From Chthonomonadales bacterium (lineage in GTDB: Bacteria > Armatimonadota > Chthonomonadetes > Chthonomonadales > Chthonomonadaceae), in assembly GCA_038217285.1 (NCBI GenBank), contig JBBQPO010000035.1, positions 1 through 30,718 on the forward strand: a DNA stretch of 30,718 bases. Direction: 5' to 3'. The notes below the pieces were generated by a model. That model was not told the DNA's origin. It did not search any database and saw nothing but the letters and a program-made list of their open reading frames with translations. Both the position numbers and the translations under genes were made by a program. This document shows positions 1 through 10,886 of this stretch, piece by piece; positions within the stretch are counted from its first letter, which is position 1, and each line of letters begins with the position of its first letter.

Positions 1-143
1 TTGAACTGCTCTTCGGCCTTTTTGTTACCGGGGTTAAGATCAGGATGGAATTTGCGCGCCAGCTTATGGTAGGCCTTTTTGATCTCCTCCGGCGTCGCCG
101 TCTTGCCGACGCCCAGTATCTGATAGAAATCTTTTGCGCTCAT
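1..143 (-). CDS. dnaJ: DnaJ-family co-chaperone, N-terminal J-domain (partial, runs off window edge)
   Basis: Manual translation from ATG at 143: [47 protein letters not shown], containing the HPD motif. Purine-rich RBS (GGAAGGTGAAGGGG), directly downstream of dnaK. Could be class B/CbpA-like. Confidence 0.93.
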   Translation of the reverse strand, partial: MSAKDFYQILGVGKTATPEEIKKAYHKLARKFHPDLNPGNKKAEEQF

Positions 144-178
144 ACCCCTTCACCTTCCCCCGGCAGTACTGTCGAGTT

Positions 179-2151
<1,973 letters not shown>

Positions 2152-2190
2152 GTGTCTCTGCAGAAGGTTTCTTTAGCCGGTGAGCACTAT

Positions 2191-2224
2191 GTGCCCGCTG
2201 TCGGCACAATGGAAAAGCGGGCAC
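2191..2224 (-). terminator. Hairpin downstream of the histidine kinase gene, possible terminator
   Basis: 9-bp inverted repeat GTGCCCGCT...AGCGGGCAC about 20 nt past the stop. No clear U-tract. Confidence 0.35.
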
Positions 2225-2245
2225 GTTGCGCTGTTTCGGAAGGGG

Positions 2246-3631
2246 CTAGGCGGGATCGCGGGTGAGGGGGAGCTTGATCCAGAAACAGGCGCCGTCGCCC
2301 AGTTCGCTGATCACGCCGACCGTGCCGTGGTGGGCGTCGGCGACACTCTTGACGAAGCGGGTTCCGATACCGGTGCCGCCGGGGGTGGTGCTGATCGTCT
2401 TGGTGGTGAAGAGCGACTCTTTCACATCGTCCGGGATGCCGGGGCCGTCGTCCCGGACGGTGATGCGACAGTAGTTCCCGTCAGGAAAGACGCCCTCGCT
2501 CATGGCCGTCGCCGCGATGCGGATGTTGAAGCCGCCCGCCCGCATCTCCAGCTTCTTCTTCTTGACGGAGTCGTTGATCGCGCCCAGGGCGTTGTTGACC
2601 AGATTGTAGATCGCGCGCCCGAGCAGGCGACTGTCGAAAGCGAAGACGGGAATCTCCGTCATATCCTCCAGATGCAGGGTAACGCGGCGGTTGCGGGCCA
2701 GCACCATGAGGCGGCGCAGACGCTCCTGGATCACTTCGTCCAGACTGTTCTCCTCGAAATGGGTCGCCTGCACGCCTTTGATATAGTCGGCGATCTCGCT
2801 CACCATCTCGCGAATATCGGAGCAGCCGTCCTTGACCGATCCCTGCACTTCAGGGTACCAGTCGCGCAGCAGTTGGGTCTGCGTCAGCAGCATCCGGGCT
2901 TTTTCAGGGTCGGACTCCTGCCAGGAGGCGGCGAGGGCGTCTATCTCCTCGAACATCGGCACGATAAACGCGTGTACCGTCGTATCGACCATGGTCTCGA
3001 TGGGAGTCAGGGCGTTCTTGATGTCGTGTCCGAGATCGCCGACAGCGCGGGCGACCGCTGCCAACTGCGCCTCCTGCGCCAGCGTCGCATTGACGATCGA
3101 CGTGGAGGCCAGGCTACTGACGATCTCCAACAGCTCCTGATCGTCTTGATCGAACTGACCGGTGCTGCGGTTGAGAGCCTGCATGACGCCGATGGTCTCA
3201 TTCATATTCTTGAGCGGCACCGTCAGCATATTCTTCGTGATGTAGCCGGTATCTTTGTCGAAGCGAGGGTTGTGGCCGGACATACTCGTGTCCGGCGTGA
3301 TAAGCGCGTGTCCGGTCCGAAACACGCGTGAGGCGTTGCCTGTGGTGTCGATGCGGGGGTCGAATTCGCGTCCGATGAGTTCCGTCGCGCCTCCGATGAC
3401 ATAGCGAAACACCAGAACATTCTTTTCGCGATCGTACAGTAATATCGAACCCGCATCGGCCTCGACGGTTTGGAGCGACACGGTCAGCGTTTCTCGCAGC
3501 AGATCGTCCAGGCTGGTTTTGGAAAAAAGGGCTGCACTGATCTGATGCATCGCGTTGACCTGACGTTCGCGTATCTCCAGGCGTGCCTGCAATGCTTTCA
3601 CGCTCTCCTCTGTCATGTCCCTAGGATCCAT
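2246..3631 (-). CDS. GAF-domain sensor histidine kinase (cytoplasmic)
   Basis: GAF domain (LTVPLK, IGVMQALNR), H-box LGHDIKNALT, N-box YNLVNNA, DDGPGIP and GGTGIG. Start is 3631 or 3616. Confidence 0.92.
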   Translation of the reverse strand: MDPRDMTEESVKALQARLEIRERQVNAMHQISAALFSKTSLDDLLRETLTVSLQTVEADAGSILLYDREKNVLVFRYVIGGATELIGREFDPRIDTTGNASRVFRTGHALITPDTSMSGHNPRFDKDTGYITKNMLTVPLKNMNETIGVMQALNRSTGQFDQDDQELLEIVSSLASTSIVNATLAQEAQLAAVARAVGDLGHDIKNALTPIETMVDTTVHAFIVPMFEEIDALAASWQESDPEKARMLLTQTQLLRDWYPEVQGSVKDGCSDIREMVSEIADYIKGVQATHFEENSLDEVIQERLRRLMVLARNRRVTLHLEDMTEIPVFAFDSRLLGRAIYNLVNNALGAINDSVKKKKLEMRAGGFNIRIAATAMSEGVFPDGNYCRITVRDDGPGIPDDVKESLFTTKTISTTPGGTGIGTRFVKSVADAHHGTVGVISELGDGACFWIKLPLTRDPA

Positions 3632-3978
3632 AAATAAAAAGCCTTGCAAGTTCAACGGTACATAAAGCAAAAATCGATTGCCGCCCGTGTTCCCTGTTCC
3701 CTTCTAATGATGTTGCGATGGCTGCTTTTTGGCAGAGAAAACGGAAGTTTCCTACCGCCCTCCTCTTCGGCGCATCATTGCGTTTTTCCTGCCGCAACCA
3801 CTTCTTCTATGCTGAAGATGCCAGGTCGACATACCCGCATCTCTAAAGATTTAGCAGGAGGTCGCCCGCTAACGATAGAATAGAGTGAGAGGGCACGAGC
3901 CATCGTCCGAACGGATCGGAGCGTAGGACCGCGCCATTGTTGTGTCTTTTGCCCATTTATGCTGAAGGAGGCTGCGCG

Positions 3979-6900
3979 ATGTCTTATATAGTACGTGACT
4001 TCGATCCTGAATCGCTCGAAGACGCCGCGCGACTGGCGGATCTGTTCAACAGCTTCGATTCGATCTGGCCCGGCGGTTTTACGAACGGTATCCCGGATAC
4101 CGCCGCCAGTGTGCAGGAGCGCCATCGGCGCATGCGGCGGCTCGCGGTCTGCGTCGCCGTGCATGAGAGCGGAGAGTTTGCGGGCTACTGCAACCTGAGC
4201 GCCGAGACCGGCATCACCGACCGTGCCTATCTGCCGCTGCTGGGGGCCAGCCCTAAACATCTGAATCAGGGTGTGGGCAAAATGCTGCTCCTGGAGATTA
4301 TCCGGCGGGTTACGGCAAATGGATTCCGGCAGGTCACGCTCGGCACGTGGGGCGGAAATCTGAAGGCGGTCCCACTCTACAAGAAGACCGGATTTCACTG
4401 GGTTCCGGAAACACATGTCCACATGAGGAACTTCATTCCTGGCTGTCTGACCGTGCCCGAGGGCCGCGCCTTCTTCGCCGACCGCGACTGGTACGCCTGC
4501 CTGAAACGGGAGATCGTCGTCGCGCCGGATGACGTCAAGTGGCATGGCCGCAACGTCTTTCCCTATCACTTTCAGGACGGCGATGCCTATCTGAAGCTGA
4601 TTTTCGACTCGGTTTCAGAGGCGTTGACCGCGATTGAGACACCGGACTACTCCGTGGCATGCTGGCTGGAATCCGAAGAGTGCGCCGTTGGAGAAACCTT
4701 CCCGATCACCTGGGAGATCCAGAACCGAAGTGACAAGCCGCTCGAAGTCGTGATCCTCACAGAAGCCGATGCGGGGCTGGAGCTGAAAGTGCAGGAGCGG
4801 CTGATCGTTGCCCAGACAGCGACCTTCTCCCGGCCCATGCGCGTCCTGCCGGAGGCCCGGCCCGCGCGTGAAGGAGAAAATGCGCGCCGCATTCGTACCA
4901 CGGTGCTTGTGAACGGTCAGCCGATCAGCCTGGAGACAGGCGTCAAGATCGTGCGCCCGGTAGAGATCGATTTTGATGGTCGCCGCTTGCTGACCGGTCG
5001 GGCGCACCGGATCACCGTCAAGATGCGCAACCGCCTCGACCGCGAGTTGACCGGCACACTCGCCCTCGATCCTCACCCGCACCTCGCCTGCGCGGCGCTC
5101 GTGCAGCCGTTCACGCTGCCCGCGAAATCCTGGACGCAGTGCGAGTTCACGCTGACGGCGACGGCGGCAGGCATCCTGCCAACGCAGTTGCGGTTGGCGG
5201 CGGGCGAGACGCGCCTGAGCCGCCCAGTCGTATTTCGCGCGTTCCGCACCTCCGAACCACAGGCGTATAGCGAGCCGAAGGAGACGGAGAAGGTCGCTCT
5301 GGAGACCCCGTACTTACATGTCGCAACGTGGATGCGGGGCGGCTGGTGCAGCGTCTCTCATGGCGCGACGGGCGCGGACCTGATCACACATCCGATGGCG
5401 GAGCTTGGCCCGCCCTTCGCCTCCTGGCGCGAGCGCCCGCTCGCCCTCGACCTCCGCATCGAGCAGACGGAGCACGGGTTGAGCCTGGTACAGTCCTCCG
5501 CCGCGCCGGAGCACCCCGGACTGGTGGTGGAGCGCACCCTCTCGCTGTTTGCCGAAGACCTGGTTCGAGTCGCCTATCGGGTCGTCAACACCTCCGATCT
5601 GCCGCAGCCTGCCCAGATCCGTCTGGGCGCCTACACCAATCTGAGGGAAGCGACCGTGATTCCGACGGTGGAAGGAATCCTGCGCGAACCTAGGCACGGG
5701 CATGACGGCTTTCCGGAGGGCGAGCGCGACGCGCTGCCGCCCGGCCTGCCGCTCGCGGAGGAGTGGATCGCCTGCGAAGGCGACGGCCTGGTGGCAGGGC
5801 TTCTGTGGGAAGGCGACCCGAAACGCGATATGCAGTGGACCAATCTGCTGAACCTCAACTACGATCTGGGCGAGCTGCCGCCGCACTCCGAGACTGTGGT
5901 GCCGCCGATCTATCTGCTCGGTGGGAAAGGGGACTGGAAGACGGCGCGCGAGTGGTGGCGGCGGCTGCACCATGCGATGGACGATCCGGAGACCGAAAAG
6001 CCGCAGGCGAAGCGCGTCCTGGATGTGGCGTTCGCGCCGTCGCCTCTCCTGCTGACCGGCGGAGAAGGCCGGACGAACGTGACGCTCGCCAACCGGCGCG
6101 GTAAAACTCTCAGTGGCACCCTGAGTCTGACGGGGAGCGCCTTTCTTCCGGAACCCGCCGCCTTTGTGCTCTCCGAGATCAATCGCGACAAACCGTTTGC
6201 CGCCGAGGTGCAGTTGACCGGACCGACCGCGCCGACCGCCGAAAATCTCTGCGCCTCTCTGGATTCCGGAACCACCACGCAGACGTTCGATCTGCCGGTC
6301 ATACAACTTGGCAGGGGAAATAAGCTGCGAGTCACCTCCTCCGAAGACGGCCTTTTCGTGATCGCGAATGGCCTCCTGACCGTGCGAGTCGCTCCGCAGC
6401 ACCGGGGGGCGATCACCAGCTTTGAGCAGAACGGCGTGGAGCATCTGTTCTCGGCTTATCCGGAGCCGAAGCCGTTCGTCTGGTGGAATCCCTGGCACGG
6501 CGGTCTCTATCCTAGCCTGGGCTACGGCGCTGATGACGACGCTCTGAGAACGGGAACCTTTACGGGTGAGGCCGTGGAGCGGGTCGGCGACCGTGGACTC
6601 ATCTGGCAGGGGGTGCGCGTGGGATGTACTATCACGCATAAGGACTGGCGATGGCTGGGCGTCGAGGCGGAGTATCTCACGCTGCCCGGCACCAACCTGA
6701 TCGCTATTGTCACGCGCTGGACGAATCTCAGTTCGGCGCGCATGGAGGCGGGGATTTCGGTCATGGCGTGGCTTCAACCGGGCGGAGGGCGGAGCGGCAT
6801 CGTGGCGCACCGAACGGGGGGAGGCGTACGGATGCTGACGCGGCGCGGGGGCTTTCAGTCGCAGCACCGGTCCGGCCCGTGGGCCGCCGTCGAAAACCCG

Positions 6901-7116
6901 GCGACCGGAGATACCCTGCATCTCATCACCTCGGGTCCAGACAGGGACATCGACGTAATAGATATGGCGGAGGAGGGCGCACACCTCTCCGCCGGCCACC
7001 CGCTCACACTCGCGCCTCATGAGACGAAAGAGCGCCTGACATGGCTCGTGCTGACCTCCGGCCTGGCCTCCTCGGACGCTTACGCCTCCCTGGCGAAAGT
7101 GGAGCGCCTGCCCTGA
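3979..7116 (+). CDS. Large (~1045 aa) protein with N-terminal GNAT acetyltransferase domain and beta-rich C-terminal region
   Basis: GNAT motif A (HLNQGVGKMLL) and motif B (NLKAVPLYKKTGF). ATG 3979 follows an AAGGAGG RBS. Confidence 0.85.
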   Translation: MSYIVRDFDPESLEDAARLADLFNSFDSIWPGGFTNGIPDTAASVQERHRRMRRLAVCVAVHESGEFAGYCNLSAETGITDRAYLPLLGASPKHLNQGVGKMLLLEIIRRVTANGFRQVTLGTWGGNLKAVPLYKKTGFHWVPETHVHMRNFIPGCLTVPEGRAFFADRDWYACLKREIVVAPDDVKWHGRNVFPYHFQDGDAYLKLIFDSVSEALTAIETPDYSVACWLESEECAVGETFPITWEIQNRSDKPLEVVILTEADAGLELKVQERLIVAQTATFSRPMRVLPEARPAREGENARRIRTTVLVNGQPISLETGVKIVRPVEIDFDGRRLLTGRAHRITVKMRNRLDRELTGTLALDPHPHLACAALVQPFTLPAKSWTQCEFTLTATAAGILPTQLRLAAGETRLSRPVVFRAFRTSEPQAYSEPKETEKVALETPYLHVATWMRGGWCSVSHGATGADLITHPMAELGPPFASWRERPLALDLRIEQTEHGLSLVQSSAAPEHPGLVVERTLSLFAEDLVRVAYRVVNTSDLPQPAQIRLGAYTNLREATVIPTVEGILREPRHGHDGFPEGERDALPPGLPLAEEWIACEGDGLVAGLLWEGDPKRDMQWTNLLNLNYDLGELPPHSETVVPPIYLLGGKGDWKTAREWWRRLHHAMDDPETEKPQAKRVLDVAFAPSPLLLTGGEGRTNVTLANRRGKTLSGTLSLTGSAFLPEPAAFVLSEINRDKPFAAEVQLTGPTAPTAENLCASLDSGTTTQTFDLPVIQLGRGNKLRVTSSEDGLFVIANGLLTVRVAPQHRGAITSFEQNGVEHLFSAYPEPKPFVWWNPWHGGLYPSLGYGADDDALRTGTFTGEAVERVGDRGLIWQGVRVGCTITHKDWRWLGVEAEYLTLPGTNLIAIVTRWTNLSSARMEAGISVMAWLQPGGGRSGIVAHRTGGGVRMLTRRGGFQSQHRSGPWAAVENPATGDTLHLITSGPDRDIDVIDMAEEGAHLSAGHPLTLAPHETKERLTWLVLTSGLASSDAYASLAKVERLP

Positions 7117-7160
7117 TACCTGCCTGCGCCCTGTCGGATGCGCCGCGTCGTGCCGGTGCG

Positions 7161-7196
7161 TTGACAGGGCGTCTTGCTGCGTGTCATACTGACACG
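7161..7196 (+). promoter_or_regulatory. Putative MFS promoter with palindromic operator
   Basis: TTGACA (7161)-18 nt-CATACT (7185). A perfect palindrome CGTGTCA-TAC-TGACACG (7180-7196) covers the -10. Confidence 0.55.
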
Positions 7197-7233
7197 TCCC
7201 AAAACCCACTTCGACCCCATCAGAACTGAATTT

Positions 7234-8568
7234 ATGAAACGTTCACCGCTCATCATTCTCTTTGTCACGCTTTTCATCGACCTGCTCGGATTCGGCATGA
7301 TCCTGCCGCTGCTGCCGATCTATATCTCCCACTATGGCGGAGGACCCCGGGTCGGAGGAGCGCTGATGGCGACCTTCTCCATCATGCAGTTCGTCTTCTC
7401 CCCGATCTGGGGACGGGCCTCAGACCGCTACGGCCGCCGCCCGCTCATTCTGATGAGCCTGGCCGGCTCCGCCCTCTCCTACTTCTTCTTCGGCATGGCG
7501 AACAGCCTGGTGGTGCTCTTCGCCGCGCGGGTCGCTTCCGGAATTTTGACGGCGGCGAGTATCCCGACCGCACAGGCCTACATCGCCGATGTGACCCCTC
7601 CCGAGAAGAGGGCAGGGGGCATGGCGATGATAGGGGCCGCGTTTGGCCTCGGTTTTGCGTTCGGCCCGATGATCGGCGGCGTGTTGGGGCAGTACTCGGT
7701 CTTCGGTCTGTCTAAACTCGCCACGCCTGCGCTTTTCGCGGCGTCGCTGGCCCTGGTCAACTTCGTGCTGGCCTATTTCCTGCTGCCGGAAAGCCACCTG
7801 AATCGTGGGGTTGCTACGGATGCCGGGAAACGCGGGCCACTGGAGGGCCTGCGCAGCATCGGGAAGATGCTTCAGAATCCGACGGTTAGCCCTCCGATGA
7901 TCGTCTATGCCTTCACCACCTTTGCCTTCACGGCGGTCGAGACAGTCTTCTCCTGGCTGATTATTCTGCGCTTCCACCGTATGCTGCTGCAGAACGTCCA
8001 CCAGGCCTGGCAACTCGCGCACGGGAACCTGCTGATGCCCGCTGCTCTCGAAAAGGCGGCTCTGGAGGTAGCGCAGACGCGTACAACCACGGTCGTCTTC
8101 GGCATCGTGGGGATCACCATTCTCGTGACCCAGCTTATGATGATGGGTGGCCTGGCGCGGAAGTTCGGCGAGAACCGTCTGATCATGTTCGGTACACTGT
8201 TGCAGACCGGCTGTCTGCTCGGCATCGCTTTTGCGAGCAGTCTGCCGATGCTGTGGGTCGCCTCCTGTTTTCTTGCCATCGGCAGCGGAGTCCTCAATCC
8301 CTCGCTGACCGCTCTGATAATGCAGTCGGCGGGACCGAATGAGCGCGGCGCCATCAGCGGAGCGCAGCAGTCGCTGGGCAGTCTGGCGCGTATCGTCGCG
8401 CCGCCCATCAATACCACGCTGGTCGCCATGAACACCGCTGTGCCGTTCGTCACCTCGGCCGTTCTTATGAGTATGGGCTTTCTGCTCGCCCTGCGACTGC
8501 GTCCGCTGAAGTCGTTACTGCCCGCTGTCGAGATCCCGAACCGGTCCGTCGGTGCGGAAGTGGAATAG
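7234..8568 (+). CDS. TetA/DHA1-like MFS efflux transporter
   Basis: FIDLLGFGMILPLLP, motif A GRASDRYGRRP, AYIADVT, motif C GFAFGPMIGG; about 12 hydrophobic segments. Confidence 0.92.
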   Translation: MKRSPLIILFVTLFIDLLGFGMILPLLPIYISHYGGGPRVGGALMATFSIMQFVFSPIWGRASDRYGRRPLILMSLAGSALSYFFFGMANSLVVLFAARVASGILTAASIPTAQAYIADVTPPEKRAGGMAMIGAAFGLGFAFGPMIGGVLGQYSVFGLSKLATPALFAASLALVNFVLAYFLLPESHLNRGVATDAGKRGPLEGLRSIGKMLQNPTVSPPMIVYAFTTFAFTAVETVFSWLIILRFHRMLLQNVHQAWQLAHGNLLMPAALEKAALEVAQTRTTTVVFGIVGITILVTQLMMMGGLARKFGENRLIMFGTLLQTGCLLGIAFASSLPMLWVASCFLAIGSGVLNPSLTALIMQSAGPNERGAISGAQQSLGSLARIVAPPINTTLVAMNTAVPFVTSAVLMSMGFLLALRLRPLKSLLPAVEIPNRSVGAEVE

Positions 8569-8591
8569 CAGATCTCTCTTTAGCGAGTGTG

Positions 8592-8617
8592 GGAACAAAT
8601 CGGATCGCTGGTACGTC
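8592..8617 (+). promoter_or_regulatory. Putative ECF-sigma promoter upstream of the KGG stress gene
   Basis: GGAAC-N17-CGTC, matching the GGAAC-N16/17-CGT(T/C) pattern of stress ECF sigma promoters. Confidence 0.45.
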
Positions 8618-8792
8618 TTCATTTAGAGGAGAGAATTATCCTCCCTCGCACGGTCACCGATACAAATATTCGACAGGTTCGGGGCCGCGCACTCATCGTC
8701 CGACGCTGTGAATAGAGACGATGACCTAGCACACAAACGTATCCGACAATTTCGCGAAGAACTGTCGCATTCTATGCAGGAGACGAGACACA

Positions 8793-9110
8793 ATGGCACG
8801 CAACAATACGGCTGTAAAGCCTACTACTTCTAATGAAATCGAAACCACCACCGAGCATGTCAGCGGGCGTGGATGGCACGGAAACCCGGAGGGTCATGCC
8901 GCCGCTGGCCGCAAGGGCGGACGCAAAGTTTCCGAAAACCGTGAGCATATGGCCAGTATCGGCAAAAAGGGCGGCTCCAAGGTCGCACAGGATCGGGAGC
9001 ACATGGCGGAGATCGGTCGTCGGGGTGGCTCCAAAGTCGCGCAGAATCGCGAGCACATGGCAGCCATCGGTAAAAAGGGCGGCGAGAGCCGCGAGAGCAA
9101 AGACAAGTAG
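8793..9110 (+). CDS. KGG-repeat general stress protein (GsiB/YciG/Em-like hydrophilin)
   Basis: Repeated REHMAxIG(K/R)(K/R)GG units. AGGAG RBS upstream and a hairpin downstream. Confidence 0.9.
   Translation: MARNNTAVKPTTSNEIETTTEHVSGRGWHGNPEGHAAAGRKGGRKVSENREHMASIGKKGGSKVAQDREHMAEIGRRGGSKVAQNREHMAAIGKKGGESRESKDK
8940..9083 (+). repeat. 54-bp (18-aa) intragenic tandem repeat, about 2.7 copies
   Basis: GAGCA(T/C)ATGGC recurs at 8943, 8997 and 9051. Confidence 0.9.
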
Positions 9111-9141
9111 ATTTTAGGGCATAGCTCAGTTAGGCGTCGCT

Positions 9142-9175
9142 GCGGACGGAGAACGTAGGTTCCCCGTCCGTCTTT
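9142..9175 (+). terminator. Probable intrinsic terminator of the KGG gene
   Basis: Stem GCGGACGGAGAAC / GTTCCCCGTCCGT with a 4-nt loop, followed by CTTT. Confidence 0.6.
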
Positions 9176-9207
9176 GCACGTCTGGCCCGCACCGATGCCT
9201 GAGATTC

Positions 9208-9648
9208 ATGAATGAGGATCCGCAAATGCGGTTGGTCAACAGAAAGCAGTATGTCTCCGTGGAGGGAAGGTTTTACTCCTTCATTGTTGCTGGCACGGTT
9301 ACGTTGGGCCTTGGCATGATCCTGCTGTTTGCGACACTCGGCCTCTGCGTAAATTTCTGGGGGAATTTCTCATGGGGCGGCCTTCTGATAATATCGGCGA
9401 GCGTCGGCGCGACTGTCTTCCTGCTGATCACTGCCCTGAAAATGCTCGCAAGGGCATCGGAGGTGGAGAATGTGGAGATCGTAACCCCACAAAATGCGCA
9501 CCTCCTCCCGCTGGAGAAAAGTCTTGTACGGGCCTCTGATCTGCCGTCCTCCGAACAGCAGACGGAGCTCCTGCGCGCTGCACGCTCCGGTGAAGAAGCG
9601 TTCCCCGAACAGCTTCTGCGAGCGACACAGGAGAACAGACCGGACTGA
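9208..9648 (+). CDS. Hypothetical membrane protein (2 TM) with C-terminal LVRAS/LLRAA/LLRAT repeats
   Basis: Two hydrophobic helices and three L(L/V)RA motifs at the C-terminus. Start may be 9226. Confidence 0.75.
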   Translation: MNEDPQMRLVNRKQYVSVEGRFYSFIVAGTVTLGLGMILLFATLGLCVNFWGNFSWGGLLIISASVGATVFLLITALKMLARASEVENVEIVTPQNAHLLPLEKSLVRASDLPSSEQQTELLRAARSGEEAFPEQLLRATQENRPD

Positions 9649-10085
9649 CAGGCAGATTTGAAGTCAATCTGGTTGGGGCCGATGTCCGCCATCAGAAACT
9701 CGACGGAGCAAACTTTACTCTGGCCTCCCTGAACGACGCCGACTTCACGGACACTTCTTGCATCAACGCTGTCTTCTACAGCGTCCACATGCAGCGCGCC
9801 GACCTCAGCCACGCGCGCCTCTGGGGGATGAATGGAGACGGCGCGGATCTGCGCAATGCGGTGCTGGTCGGCGCGCAGATGGAAGCCGCCTGGCTGCGAC
9901 ACGCCAGCCTCGCCCATGCGAATCTGCGGGAGGCCGATCTCAAAGCCGTCTACCTGGGTCATGCTTCGCTGCGCTACGCCGACCTGCGCGCCTGTGGTGC
10001 CTGCCTTCCCGATGCGTTTCTGCTCGGCACGGGCTATGCAGAAGACGAACGGCACCTTCTGCGAGTTATGTATCCCTCCAAGTAG
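9645..10085 (+). CDS. Pentapeptide repeat protein (start uncertain; possibly a pseudogene)
   Basis: A(D/N)Lxx repeats continue in frame upstream of ATG 9789 to about 9666 (NLVGA DVRHQ KLDGA NFTLA SLNDA DFTDT). In-frame stop at 9591. The best upstream start candidate is CTG 9645. Confidence 0.7.
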   Translation: MTGRFEVNLVGADVRHQKLDGANFTLASLNDADFTDTSCINAVFYSVHMQRADLSHARLWGMNGDGADLRNAVLVGAQMEAAWLRHASLAHANLREADLKAVYLGHASLRYADLRACGACLPDAFLLGTGYAEDERHLLRVMYPSK

Positions 10086-10150
10086 AAGGCATTCAACAAT
10101 GGCCGTTTTGTGATATGCCACCGAAGAGGTTCCTTCACCAAAGTCCCGAC

Positions 10151-10495
10151 TTACAGTGGAAGGTACTGCACCCGATCTGCGTATTCGTGCGCCTCACCTA
10201 CTGTGGCTACCAGTTCCAGATCGTCGATGCAGAGGCTGACCGTGATGTTGTTCTGGTGGGCATAGAGAACGCCAGCGAATGCCGTACCGCTGGACTGGCG
10301 CTTATGGGCTTCTTTCAGCAGGTCGTCGTCATGGGTGAACAGCACCCGCCCAAGTTCGGTCGCGCGATCAAGTACCCTGGGATCGGGTGTGTTGTCGTGC
10401 CCGTCTTCCTGCGCCGTGACGACGTCTACGCCTCGCTGGAGCAGTCCGCGGTGAACGGTCCCGCGAACGTTCTCGTCTAGGTAGAGCCGGATCAT
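10151..10495 (-). CDS. DUF5615-family PIN-like putative toxin
   Basis: RLYLDENV...GVDV...D..VL..A...GRVLFTHDDDL signature. Overlaps the upstream DUF433 gene by 4 nt (ATGA). Confidence 0.9.
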   Translation of the reverse strand: MIRLYLDENVRGTVHRGLLQRGVDVVTAQEDGHDNTPDPRVLDRATELGRVLFTHDDDLLKEAHKRQSSGTAFAGVLYAHQNNITVSLCIDDLELVATVGEAHEYADRVQYLPL

Positions 10496-10821
10496 CGGGC
10501 CGTTGCTTGACGGGCCAGCTGCCGACGCTCCTCAAGTTGCTCGCGGGTTACGTGCCCGGTGGCCTCACTGCGCAACTGCTCGACTTCCTGATGGCGGCGA
10601 GCGATCTCGTCGTCCAGTTCGCTTTTGTGGTCGTAGTAGTAAGAAAGCGCGGCATGTACCTGGGCCAGGGAAAGATGGGGATGTTCGGCGTGGATCTGTG
10701 GGGCAGAGAGCCCGAAGGCAGTCTGATCCAGCACCACCTCGATGACCTTGGTGGTGGTATTGGCGATCCAGGCGCCGCCGCTGCCGTCCACACGGATATG
10801 ACTGGTGGCGATCAGAGGCAT
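10492..10821 (-). CDS. DUF433-family putative antitoxin
   Basis: G.AWIANT..KV..VV.....G.S..QI...HPHLSLAQVHAALSYYYDH motif. ATG 10821 follows a GAGGAGG RBS. Confidence 0.9.
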   Translation of the reverse strand: MPLIATSHIRVDGSGGAWIANTTTKVIEVVLDQTAFGLSAPQIHAEHPHLSLAQVHAALSYYYDHKSELDDEIARRHQEVEQLRSEATGHVTREQLEERRQLARQATAR

Positions 10822-10857
10822 AATTTTACTTCCTCCTCGTGTGCGTAGCATAGTTAC

Positions 10858-10886
10858 AGTGTATCCGATCCCGTGCGGGATTGCAA
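10858..10886 (-). promoter_or_regulatory. Promoter and palindromic operator of the DUF433/DUF5615 TA pair
   Basis: TTGCAA-17 nt-TACACT on the minus strand. Palindrome ATCCCG-TG-CGGGAT (10868-10881) lies mostly in the spacer. Confidence 0.6.

Noticed and set aside
2171-2210. Possible CIRCE or second HAIR upstream of dnaK
   Set aside because: Only half-sites (TGAGCACT, CTTTAGC) are present, with no correctly spaced partner arm.
8940-9083. Regularly spaced repeats resembling a CRISPR array
   Set aside because: They are in-frame coding repeats with wobble-position variation, no unique spacers and no cas genes.
9115-9180. tRNA-like words GGGCATAGCTCAGTT and GTAGGTTC
   Set aside because: The D-stem does not close, there is no room for an anticodon arm and no acceptor pairing. 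The 3' part is better explained as a terminator.
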